A stretch of 47,200 bases of DNA, taken from positions 1 to 47,200 of the IMG/VR virus record IMGVR_UViG_3300044699_000031; one strand, written 5' to 3'. A program made the translations under genes and the position numbers. Source of the stretch: a virus (Duplodnaviria; Caudoviricetes). Below the pieces are notes generated by a model. That model saw only the letters and a list, made by a program, of their open reading frames with translations. It did not search any database and had not been told where the DNA came from. Below, one piece after another: positions 9,955-19,292 of the stretch (position 1 is its first letter; each line of letters starts with the position of its first letter).

Positions 9955-10466
9955 ATGGGATCTGGAGAACAGGCCAAGTTAGAAACACTGGGGAAGTTGT
10001 GCGCCGCGTTAGCTGAGCACCAGGCCAAATGCTTCGAGATTCGAGAGGAGATGGCCAGGATTCTCGGCGGCCAGGCCGGCATCGGTGCGACGCTGAAGCG
10101 GCTACAAGCCTGGTTCGATGCAGCAGTGGACCGAGCGCTACGCCCCTGGCAGCGTCAAGGGCGCCTACGTCTGGCAGTGGGCGAAGGACATCACGCTGAT
10201 GAAGCGCCTGCTCAAGACGCTGTCGGTCGAGGAAATCGAGCGCCGGATGTCCAACTACCTGAAGTCGAGCGAACCGTTTTTCGTGAAGAACCGGCATACG
10301 TTCAGCCTGTTCGTCGGCAGCGTGAATCAGTTCGCTGAGTTCTCGAAGGAGCTACACGAGGAGTTGCCGGCGCCAGTCGGCTGCAAGCACCTACCGCTCT
10401 GTCGCAGCGACCAGGAGCATACCCGTCGTCGGGCAGAGGACAACGGCCCTGGGGTCGGCGTTTTGA
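9955..10466 (+). CDS. Putative replication initiator or helicase-loader-like protein
   Basis: Directly upstream of DnaB with TTGA overlap; LLKTLSVEEIERRMSNYLKSSEPFF...HTFSLFVGSVNQF resembles initiator C-terminal domains; call is largely positional. Confidence 0.45.
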
Positions 10467-11884
10467 CGGAGCGCCGAAACACAGACGATCCGCCGCCGCT
10501 GCTGCCGCACAGCATCGACGTCGAAAAGTCGACGCTCGGCGCGGCGATGCTGGAGGAGCGCGCCGGCCGACTACCTGGTGCACCGGCTGCGCAAGGACGA
10601 CTACTTCCGACGAGCGCATCAGCAACTGTTCGAGGCGATCCAAAGCCTGCGCAACGGGAACATCGCGGTCGACCTGCGCACCATCAGCTCGAAGCTCGGA
10701 AAGAAAGGGCTGGAGCAGGTCGGCGGACCCGGCCTACATCGCGTCGCTGCTCGACGGCGTGCCGCGATCGACGAACGTCGAGCACTACGCCGACATCCTG
10801 CAGGACCTGAAGACGAAGCGGAACCTGGTGCACTTCGGCCAGCGCGTGCTCGACGCGGTAGCCGGCGGCGACAAGTCGTCGACCGAGATGCTGGCCGACG
10901 TCGACCGCCAGGTGCTGGAGATGCAGCAGGGCTACGACGGCGGCCACATGCAGAGCCTGGCCGAGACGGCGCCGGCCATTCTCGACAAGCTGCAGTATCG
11001 CGTCGACCACCGTGGCCAGCTCACGGGCGTCGACACTGGCTTCACGTCGATCAACAACGAGACGAACGGCTGGAACGCGGGCGACTACGTCATCCTGGGC
11101 GCGCGGCCATCGATCGGGAAAACGACGTTCGCCGTAAACACGATGGTTGCGGCGGCCAGGGCTGGCGCCAAGTGCGCGATCTTCTCGATGGAAATGACGC
11201 GCGATCAGCTTGAGTTCCGCATCCTGTCGAGCCTGTCGAACGTGCCGCTGACGCAGCTCCTGCGCGGCTACGTGCCGAGCGCGGAAGCCTGGACGTCGCT
11301 GAGTGCGTCGCACGCCCTGATGTCCGAGCTGTCCATAGAAATTGACGACTCGCCGGCACGCACGGCCTGGGACATACGCGGCGCCGTCCGCCGGATGAAG
11401 GCCGAGAAGGGCCTGGACCTGGTCGTCATCGACTACGTGCAGTTGATGCCTGGCACGATCGACCGACGCGGCGCGACCAGGAACGAGGAGCTGACCGACA
11501 TCAGCCGGCGACTCAAGATCCTGGCCGGCGAAGCCAAGGTCTGCATCATGCTGCTGTCGCAGCTCTCCCGGCCGGACAGCTCACGCGCGGACCCCAGGCC
11601 GAGGCTGCAGGACCTGCGCGACTCTGGCGCCCTGGAGCAGGACGCCGACCTGGTTTGTTTCCTGCACCGGAAGAACCACCGCGAAGGCGGCGTGACCAAC
11701 CTTCATCATCGAGAAGCAGCGGAACGGCGCGACCGGCACGGTCAACTTGACCCTGGACCGCGACGTCGTGCTGTTCACCGACGGCGGCGAGGAACCGCCC
11801 CCGCCGGAGAAGACGGACGCCGAGAAACACCAGGCCAAGGTCGGGGCCATCATCCGAAACCGGAGGCGCGCACATGCCAATTGA
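10463..11884 (+). CDS. dnaB: DnaB-like replicative helicase
   Basis: LPHSIDVEKSTLGA, GARPSIGKT, FSMEM, VIDYVQLM, LSQLSR, PRLQDLRDSGALEQDADLV, IIEKQRNG; indels near 10565, 10730 and 11700. Confidence 0.95.
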
Positions 11885-11909
11885 CAACTGCCGATCGCAG
11901 CTTCAGAAT
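11881..11909 (+). promoter_or_regulatory. Sigma70-type promoter P3, overlapping the dnaB stop
   Basis: TTGACA-17 nt-CAGAAT; same TTGACAACTGC core. Confidence 0.6.
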
Positions 11910-11920
11910 GGTCGCCCGCG

Positions 11921-12505
11921 ATGGTCTGCATAGGCATCGATCCGGTAGGTCTGGCGGCCTGGCGCTGCTCGTCGCCGACGTCGTGCTGGCGACGCCGATG
12001 CCAGACACCGAGCGCGACATTTGCGACCTGGTCGAGTTCTGGAAACGATACGGCGACCGCAACAAGCCAGGCCACGGCATTCACGCGGCGCTCGAACACG
12101 TCTGGTCGACGCCAGGCCAGGGCGGCGCGTTCAAGTTCGGAAAGAGCGTCGGCCACCTGGAGATGGCGCTGACCGCCGCGCGCATCCCGTTCGACAAGGT
12201 GCTACCAAAAGCCTGGCAGCGAGCGCTCGGCGTCGCCTACCCCGCCAGGGTCCACCGACACCGAGAAGAAGAACATCACAAAACGTCGAGCGCAGCAGCT
12301 ATTCCCTGCGTTCACGCCGATCACGCATGCGATTGCCGACGCGCTGCTGATTGCGGAGTATTGTCGGCGAGTCAGAGGAACGAATGGCCAAGAAGAAAGC
12401 CGCAGCCCGGAAACCGTCAAGGAAGCCCGTGGCGAAGGCACGCAGCAAGCCAGCTCGAAAATCGGGCGTCTCATCCAAAGCCGCCAGCGCCAGGGGACGC
12501 CGTAA
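11921..12505 (+). CDS. RuvC-like Holliday junction resolvase
   Basis: IGIDPGRSGGLA...AALEHV...AFKFGKSVG...PKAWQRALG...ADALLIAEY. Confidence 0.85.
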
Positions 12506-12855
12506 GGGACCGAGCGCTGCGCGCCTGCCAGGCATGGAGGACGTCGCGATCGTCCCGCTGAAACAAGGTCTGTCAGTCGATCGCCGAAACCCGCGAAGCG
12601 ATCAACGACCTGAAGGCCGAGGAGGCCGGCTACGAGCAGACTGCGCTGCAACTGATGCGCCGCAACGAGCGGACGACGTATCAGCATGCTGGCGTCACCC
12701 TGGTCCGCGTGCCTGGCGAGGAGAAGCTGCAGGTCAAGACGACGCGCGAGCGCACAGCGACGGCTGAAGCGCCGACCGATGCCGGCGGCGACGCGAGCGC
12801 CGGTAAAAGCGAGGACAGCACGCCGGACGTGACGGAAGGAGCTGACGGCGAATGA
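12384..12855 (+). CDS. Hypothetical protein with Lys/Arg/Ala-rich N-terminus
   Basis: MAKKKAAARKPSRKPVAKARSKPARK...; GAGG RBS; indel near 12562. Confidence 0.6.
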
Positions 12856-13892
12856 CGAAAAAGGGCGCTCGACGAGAACTCGCACCAGTCGGCGGTCTGT
12901 TCGATGAACGACCGATCAAGTTGGACGGATTCATCCTGCGCGCGAAAGGTGTCGACATCGTCGGGCGCCGTCGATCGAGAAGTGGATCGCGGCCATGGAT
13001 TTCGCCACGGCCACCGAGCAGGCGTCGACGTTCTGGGTCGGCCATTTGTGGAATTACGCCGAGGGTCGGGCCGAATGGAAGGAGCAGATTTACCAGGCGC
13101 TGACGAAGATCGGCCGGCCGAGTCACCCTGAAGACCCTGCAGAACCTGGGATACATCACAAAGAACGTCACCGCCGAAGCGCAAGCCATGGCGCCGTCGA
13201 TGGGACACGCCGACGTCGTCGCCGGCCTGCCGCCATCCGAGCAGGTCAAATGGTTGGAGAAAGCGAAAAGCGAGGAGCTGACGGTCAGGGACCTGCGCCT
13301 GGTCGTGCGCGCGTCGCGTCGAGCCAAGATCATCGACGGCCAGGCCGTGCTGTCCGGCATGTATCGCGTGCTCTACTCCGACAACCCCTGGTTGTATGGC
13401 GACCGCCCGCCGTCGGGAGTCGGCCAGGGCGAGCACTACCCTGGCATGAGCATCGAGGATCAATGCAAGCTGCCGGTCGGCGCGCATGCGCTGCCCGATT
13501 CGATCCTGTTTATGTGGTGCACGGCGCCGCTGATCCTGCAGAACCCTGGCCCGCGTGAAGTCGCCGAAGCCTGGGGATTCACCTACAAGCAGCAATGGAT
13601 CTGGGACAAGGTCGACGGCAACTACGGCCACTACAGCACGAGCAACCACGAAGTGCTGACGATCTGGACGCGCGGATCGTGCCTGCCCGACAATCCCGAG
13701 GACCTGCCCGACTCCGTCATCGCCGTCCGCAAGTCACGCACGCACAGCTCGAAGCCGGAGGAGTTCCGCCGGCTGATCACGAAACACTGGACGCGCGGCC
13801 CATACCTGGAGCTGTTCGGCCGCGACAAGGTCGACGGCTGGTCAGTGTTCGGCAACGACGCCAAGTTATGGGCCGAGGAGGCTGCATCGTGA
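12852..13892 (+). CDS. MT-A70 family DNA methyltransferase with N-terminal helical domain
   Basis: YRVLYSDNPW, HYPGMS, ILFMWCT, AWGFTYK, WIWDK, NHEVL, HSSKPEEF, YLELFGR, GWSVFGN. Confidence 0.88.
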
Positions 13893-13987
13893 AGCCGTTC
13901 ATCTACGTCTGTCAGTGCGGCCACGGTAGTCGCACCGCCAGAGAGGCGCTGATTCACCAACACGAGAAGCACGGGGCCAAGTCGTGA
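13889..13987 (+). CDS. Tiny Cys/His peptide (32 aa)
   Basis: YVCQCG...ALIHQHEKH; GAGGAGG RBS; GTGA overlaps at both ends. Confidence 0.45.
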   Translation: MKPFIYVCQCGHGSRTAREALIHQHEKHGAKS

Positions 13988-14475
13988 AGATCGTCACCGC
14001 GTTCACCCTGGCGCTGCTGCTGCCGGCACTGGCGAGCGCGCAACCGCAGCCCGTGAACAAGTGGGCGGACTGGAGTAGCTACGGCACGGCCGGCGTCAAC
14101 GTCACGATCGGCGCGATCGACGCCTGGAATAGCGAGCGCCGAGGCTGCCACCTGGCGCAGCTCCTGGTCAGCGAAGGCGTCGGCAACGGCACGGCGCTGA
14201 CGGTCAAGCACTACGTCCGATCGCCGCGCCCATGCCTGGGCTGTCCGCCTGACGGCATGCCGAGCGCGCACACCATGAACGGCATCATCGGCATCAACCA
14301 AACGCACCCGGCCAGGAGCTGGAAGGGTCGTGTGCTGGTCGGCGTCACGATGGCCACGCTGACCGGGGTTCTGCGCTGGCAGGCGAACCGTCACACCTGG
14401 GAACAGATCGGATATGGCGCGTTGCTCGGCGTCGGCGCTGAGCTGAGCGGCCAGATTATCCGCTGCGACGATTGA
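13984..14475 (+). CDS. PAP2-superfamily membrane phosphatase with signal peptide
   Basis: Motifs KHYVRSPRP, MPSAH and LRWQANRH...I; Sec-type signal ending ASA|Q. Confidence 0.75.
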   Translation: MKIVTAFTLALLLPALASAQPQPVNKWADWSSYGTAGVNVTIGAIDAWNSERRGCHLAQLLVSEGVGNGTALTVKHYVRSPRPCLGCPPDGMPSAHTMNGIIGINQTHPARSWKGRVLVGVTMATLTGVLRWQANRHTWEQIGYGALLGVGAELSGQIIRCDD

Positions 14476-14494
14476 AGCAGCCGCGCGATCCGTT

Positions 14495-14764
14495 ATGAAA
14501 AAACGCGGCGCCTACATGTGCGATCGGTGCGGAGAGCGCTGGCGACAGTCGGCCGCCGGCCTGTGCCGGCGCTGCGAGCGTGAACTCGGCGACGCCAGGA
14601 CGCTGTTCGAGCGCGAACGGCAAGAAGTCGAAGAACGGAAACGCGCGCACGAGCTGATGGAGCGCCGCGCGATCCACAAGCCGGAAACCCCGACCATCAC
14701 GATCGACGGCGTCGATTACCTGGTCGTGACGGAGCTGCTAGGGTTCGGAGCTGCACGCCGATGA
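14495..14764 (+). CDS. Small Zn-finger-like protein
   Basis: CDRC...CRRC followed by a charged helix. Confidence 0.5.
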   Translation: MKKRGAYMCDRCGERWRQSAAGLCRRCERELGDARTLFERERQEVEERKRAHELMERRAIHKPETPTITIDGVDYLVVTELLGFGAARR

Positions 14765-15045
14765 TTGAAGTGCGCTGCTGCTGCGACGGGCACCTGGTCG
14801 GCCACATGGAAGGCCGATTTACCGAGGGCAAGACTTACACGTTCATCATCACCCGCGCGACGCCGGACAAATACGCCGACGGCATGCTGACCATCAGCAC
14901 CGAGCGCATCACCATGACAGCCATGTTCTGGGGCCAGACCCTGGGCGGCGAACAGATCGGCACCGTGGCCCTGCAGTCGCGCGACTATCCGATCGAGAAG
15001 CTGAAACAGATACGCGGGTTCCATCCCGTCGAGGCCAAGCCATGA
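14761..15045 (+). CDS. Hypothetical protein (94 aa)
   Basis: Intact ORF with ATGA overlaps; VRCCCD. Confidence 0.6.
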   Translation: MIEVRCCCDGHLVGHMEGRFTEGKTYTFIITRATPDKYADGMLTISTERITMTAMFWGQTLGGEQIGTVALQSRDYPIEKLKQIRGFHPVEAKP

Positions 15046-15149
15046 CGCCGCCGGCCGATCCGCGCGACGTGTTCGCTGCAGTCGTCGACCTGGTCGCCAT
15101 CGCCCTAGCGCTCAGCGTGTTCGCTGTCTGGCTGTCACGGAAAACCTGA
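15042..15149 (+). CDS. Small membrane protein (35 aa)
   Basis: VFAAVVDLVAIALALSVFAVWL; ATGA overlap. Confidence 0.4.
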   Translation: MTPPADPRDVFAAVVDLVAIALALSVFAVWLSRKT

Positions 15150-15212
15150 TAAAAGTCTTCCGGCTCGAGGATTTTCAGATCGCAAAGTGTGGCAGTGGCG
15201 GGCGCTGTCGTG

Positions 15213-15230
15213 TCGGCACGCGACCTGCTA
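15213..15230 (+). promoter_or_regulatory. Candidate sigma54 (-24/-12) promoter
   Basis: TCGGCACGCGACCTGCTA has GG-N10-GC spacing; intergenic, upstream of the DUF932 gene. Confidence 0.4.
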
Positions 15231-15302
15231 CGATCGCCATTGGGTCGACGTGTAGCGCTGGCAATCAAGCCAGGCCACAGCGTGCGCCCAGTGGAGCACA
15301 CA

Positions 15303-16393
15303 ATGAAATCCGGACGCAGCCTCAACGATCTCGCCGCCGAGCTGACCCGCCGCCAGGAAACCCGCAAAGACTACCTCGCACCCCAGGGCATCATCGAAGC
15401 CGTCCCCAACGGCCAGGACATCACGCTGAACGGCATCAACGGCGGCATCGACATCACGCCCTACGCGCACGGCCAGCTCGCCGGCCATCTGGGAATCCCC
15501 AAGGTCTACTACGACCGCATGAAGGCCGAGGACCCGGAGCTGCTGGCGAAAAACGTCAACGCCTGGTTCAAGAAGGACCCCGACAACAAGCGGATGATCC
15601 GCACCATCGACAACAAGGCGATCGGCGTGCTCTCACCGAAGTATCGCCCGCTCGACAACTACGACCTGGCGACCACCATCCTGCCCGTCCTGACCGAGCA
15701 CAACGTGCAGATCATGTCGTCGGAGCTGACCGAAACCAGGATGTATATCAAGGGCATCCTGCCGGCGCTCAGCGACGAGCTGCCGGAGGGCCTGGCCTAC
15801 GGCACCGGCCATCACAACATCAAGGCCGGCGACCGTGGGCGCCTGGTCGCCGCCATCACCATCAGCAATTCCGAAGTCGGTGACGGCACGCTGCGCGTCG
15901 AGCCGTCGGTGTTCACCACCTGGTGCACGAACCTGGCGGTCATGCAGGACGCGGCCATGAAGAAATACCACGTCGGCCGCGCGAACGACCACGACGCATC
16001 CTGGGAAGTGTTCGCCGACAAGACCCGCCAGGCCGACGACGCCGCGTTCTGGCTGAAGGTTCGGGACATCACAATGGCAGCCTTCAACGAGAAAGTTGTT
16101 TCGCGCAGGCCATCGAGAAGATCCGCGTCACCGCCAGCCGGCCGATCACGAACGAACTGCCGAAGCTGGTCGAGCGCGCGGTCGAAACCCTGGCGCTGCC
16201 GCCCGCGAGCGCTGGCGGCATCCTGACCCACCTGGCCGGAGGCGGCGACCTGACGCAGTGGGGGCTCAGCTCGGCGATCACCCGCATGGCCAACGACGCT
16301 GCCGACTACGAATACGCGACCGTGCTGGAGCGCGCCGGGGGCAAGGTCATCGCCCTGCAGGAGCGCGACTGGTCGAAGCTGGTAGCCGCGTAG
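15303..16393 (+). CDS. DUF932-family phage/plasmid protein
   Basis: MKSGRSLNDLAAEL...AHGQLAGHLGIPKVYYDRM...LSPKYRPLDN...ISNSEVG...WCTNLAV...HVG; indel near 16095. Confidence 0.8.
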
Positions 16394-16420
16394 ACTCCCG
16401 CGACCCTACCAGGCGACGAC

Positions 16421-16467
16421 AAACGGCCGGCCATGGGCTCACCACCCTGGCCGGCCGTTTCCTTTTT
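16421..16467 (+). terminator. Intrinsic terminator ending the early region
   Basis: AAACGGCCGGCCA / TGGCCGGCCGTTT stem followed by CCTTTTT. Confidence 0.75.
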
Positions 16468-16509
16468 CCCGTCAACGGGAAACGCCAGGCCGCGCTACAA
16501 TGGCCGGCC

Positions 16510-16683
16510 ATGGACCCCCTCACCATCATTCTGATCGTCGTCCTGGTGCTCATCCTGGCTGGCTGGCAAGGCGTTTACACCGCCCCCGGCTACGTCACCC
16601 CTGGCGCTGTCCTGGTCGTGCTCCTGGTCATCGTCCTGGTGCTGTTCCTGACCGGCCACGGGTTCCGCCGCCTGGGCTGCTAG
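16510..16683 (+). CDS. Small two-TM membrane protein (DUF3309-like)
   Basis: MDPLTIILIVVLVLILAGW...GAVLVVLLVIVLVLFLTG; TACAAT at 16496-16501. Confidence 0.6.
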   Translation: MDPLTIILIVVLVLILAGWQGVYTAPGYVTPGAVLVVLLVIVLVLFLTGHGFRRLGC

Positions 16684-16687
16684 TCCA

Positions 16688-17266
16688 TTGGGCAAGCGCA
16701 AGGCGCGACGCATCCCCAACGCTGGCCGGCGCGTCCAGACAGACCCTGACGCCCTGACGCCGGCCATGGAAGCGTTTATCTGCGAGTATCACAACAACGG
16801 CGGCAACGGCACGCGCGCCTACCTGGCCGCTCACCCTGGCGTCACCATCCTGACCGCTGCGTCAGAAGCATGCCGGACCTTGAGAAACCCCAAGGTCGCC
16901 GAGAAATTGAACGCGATGCGCGCCGAGCGCTGGCAACGGCTGCAAATGAGCGCCGACGAAGCTATGAGCTTGCTGGCCGGCGACGCCAGGGCAGACATCA
17001 GGGACCTGGTCGACGAGAAGGGCGAGCTGCTACCGATTCACCTGTGGCCGGACCATGCCGCCAGGAGCGTGCGCGCCATCAAACCAGGACCGTTCGGGCT
17101 GGCCGTAACCATGAACGACAGCCAGGCCGCCAGGCGCCTGATTGCCGAGCAGCTCGGCGCAGTGAAGTCGATAGCCGGCGGGCTCGACGCCCTGGCCGAA
17201 GCCATCAAGGCGGACCAGGCCAAGCACCAGGTAAAGCCGCCCGTGTCAGATCGGGACACCGAGTGA
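16688..17266 (+). CDS. terS: Terminase small subunit
   Basis: LTPAMEAFICEY...NGTRAYLAA...AASEACRTLRNPKV...ADIRDLVDEKGELLP; upstream of TerL. Confidence 0.85.
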   Translation: MGKRKARRIPNAGRRVQTDPDALTPAMEAFICEYHNNGGNGTRAYLAAHPGVTILTAASEACRTLRNPKVAEKLNAMRAERWQRLQMSADEAMSLLAGDARADIRDLVDEKGELLPIHLWPDHAARSVRAIKPGPFGLAVTMNDSQAARRLIAEQLGAVKSIAGGLDALAEAIKADQAKHQVKPPVSDRDTE

Positions 17267-17415
17267 AATCCTTAGCGAAAATGCGAAGTGCTCACCGTAT
17301 GGAAGGCGACAATCATGGCGACCGTGGTCATAACTGACACACGCACCGGGCTGCGCCTGGAGCTGCAGGACGATCGGCCGGCGCTGGTCGTGCTCGCCCT
17401 GGTCAAGGCCGCGCT

Positions 17416-18931
17416 GTGAGTCAGGCGCCGCGCGAGTTCCTGAACGCGACGATCGCCCGCTGGCATGACGACGCGGTCGCCTTTGTGCGCGAGTGCTTTG
17501 GCGTCGAGCCGGACCCCTGGCAGCTCAAGGCGCTGCGCCTGGTCGTAAAGCGCGAGACTCGCCGGCTGGCGTTTAAAGCGTGCAAGGGACCAGGGAAGAC
17601 CGCTGTCCTGGCGTGGATCATCCTCTGGTTCCTGGCGACACGCTGGCAGAGCAAAGTCGCTGCACATCCGTCACCGAGGGCAACATCGACGCGAACCTCT
17701 GGCCGGAGCTGTCGAAGTGGATGGGGCGTAGCAGCTTCATCACGGCCAGCTTCGTGTGGACATCAACCCGCGTCAGCCGGCGCGGCGTCGAGGGCTCGAA
17801 CTGGTTCGCTGAGAAACGCGCCTGGCCCAAGACCGGGACCGCTGACGCTCAGGCCAATGCCCTGGCCGGCTTCCACGCTGACCACGTCATGTTTGTGCTC
17901 GACGAATCCGGCGGCATCCCGCAAGGCGTCATGGTCGCCGCCGACGCCGTCCTGGCCAACCTGGGCACCGAGGCTAAGGTGATTCAGTCGGGCAACCCGA
18001 CACACACCACGGGACCGCTGCACCGCGCGTGCACGATCGACCGTCACCTCTGGGAGCTGGTCGAGATAACCGGCGACCCCGACCGCGCCGACCGCTCGAC
18101 CAGGATCGATCCGGTCTGGGCGCGCGAGCAGATCGCCAGCTACGGCCGCGAGAACCCCTGGGTTATGGTCAACGTCCTGGGACAGTTCCCGCCGTCGTCG
18201 ATCAACGCGCTCCTGGGCATCGAGGACGTCAACGCGGCGATGCGCCGCCACTTGCGCAAGGACGCTTACGACTGGGCACAGAAGCGCCTGGGCGTCGACG
18301 TCGCCAGGTTCGGCGACGATCGGACGGTCATCTTTCCACGCCAGGGCCTGGCCAGCTTCTGGCCGGTCGTGCTGCGCAACCTCAAGACGACGGAGATCGC
18401 CGCGCGCACGATGCTGTGCATGAAGCGGTGGGCGGGCTGCGAGCTGGCGCTGATCGACGACACCGGCCACTGGGGCCACGGCGTGATCGACAACCTGTCG
18501 ACGGGCGGCTGGCCGGTCATCGGCATCAACTACGCCGGCAAGGCGCTCGACCCGAGTATCGGAACCGGCGCGCTGAGTTCTGGATGCTCGGCGCTGAGGC
18601 CATCAAGAACGGCGCCGCGCTGCCGCCGATCCCGTCGATGATTCCGGAGTTCACCGAGCCGACGTATACGTTCGTCAACGGCGTGTTCGTGCTGGAGGAG
18701 AAGGACCAGATCAAGGCGCGGCTGACCTACTCGCCGGACATGGCCGACGCCTACATGCAGACCTACGCGCTGCCGGACGTGCCAGGCGAAATGATGTCGC
18801 GCCTGGCCGGCCGCAACCGCGTCGCCCAGGACGGCGACCCCTACGCCCAGGCGAACGTCTACGAGCAGAGCATGAGCGTGCGCGAGGCCGAGCGCGTGCT
18901 GCAGGACGGCGATCCGTTTCAGGTGCGCTGA
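17416..18931 (+). CDS. terL: Terminase large subunit
   Basis: PDPWQ, KGPGKT, FVLDES, GNP, VLGQFP, LGVDVARFGDD, SPDMADA; indels near 17660 and 18553. Confidence 0.95.
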
Positions 18932-19062
18932 TGATCAAGAAATCCGGCAAGGGCTACGTGGTGGTGAGCCACAGCGGCAAGCGACTCTCGAAGGTGACGA
19001 GCCACGCGAAGGCCGTCAAGCGGCTGCGCCAGGTTGAATACTTCAAACGGCGCGGCAAGTGA
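18931..19062 (+). CDS. Small basic phage protein (43 aa)
   Basis: MIKKSGKGYVVVSHSGKRLSK...AVKRLRQVEYFK; TGATG overlap. Confidence 0.6.
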   Translation: MIKKSGKGYVVVSHSGKRLSKVTSHAKAVKRLRQVEYFKRRGK

Positions 19063-19292
19063 AGGGAGGGGCCAATGGCGAAAAAGAAGAAGCCGCGACG
19101 CCGCCCGCGATACTGAGGATCTGCGCGCAGCTCGACGCGCCGCCGACCAGGGCGACAGCCAAGGACGGCACGCGCTACACTCTCGACACACGCCGAGCCG
19201 GCGGCATCGAGACAACGACCATCCGGCGGGCGGAAACGAAAGCAGAACGTCGCGCCAGGCTGAAAGCCGAGAAGCGCGCAAGGGGCAGACAC

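Noticed and set aside
10118-10810. Apparent fusion of the initiator-like protein to the DnaB N-terminus
   Set aside because: Removing one base near 10442 gives EDTALGSAF* overlapping the DnaB TTG start, which is a normal coupled arrangement.
10759-12561. Apparent 600-aa DnaB-RuvC fusion
   Set aside because: An indel near 11700 shifts the frame. Corrected DnaB ends at 11884, and the resolvase has its own promoter and start.
18817-18920. Duplicated QDGDP(Y/F) at the TerL C-terminus
   Set aside because: It is a short repeat in a variable tail with no evidence of a separate function.
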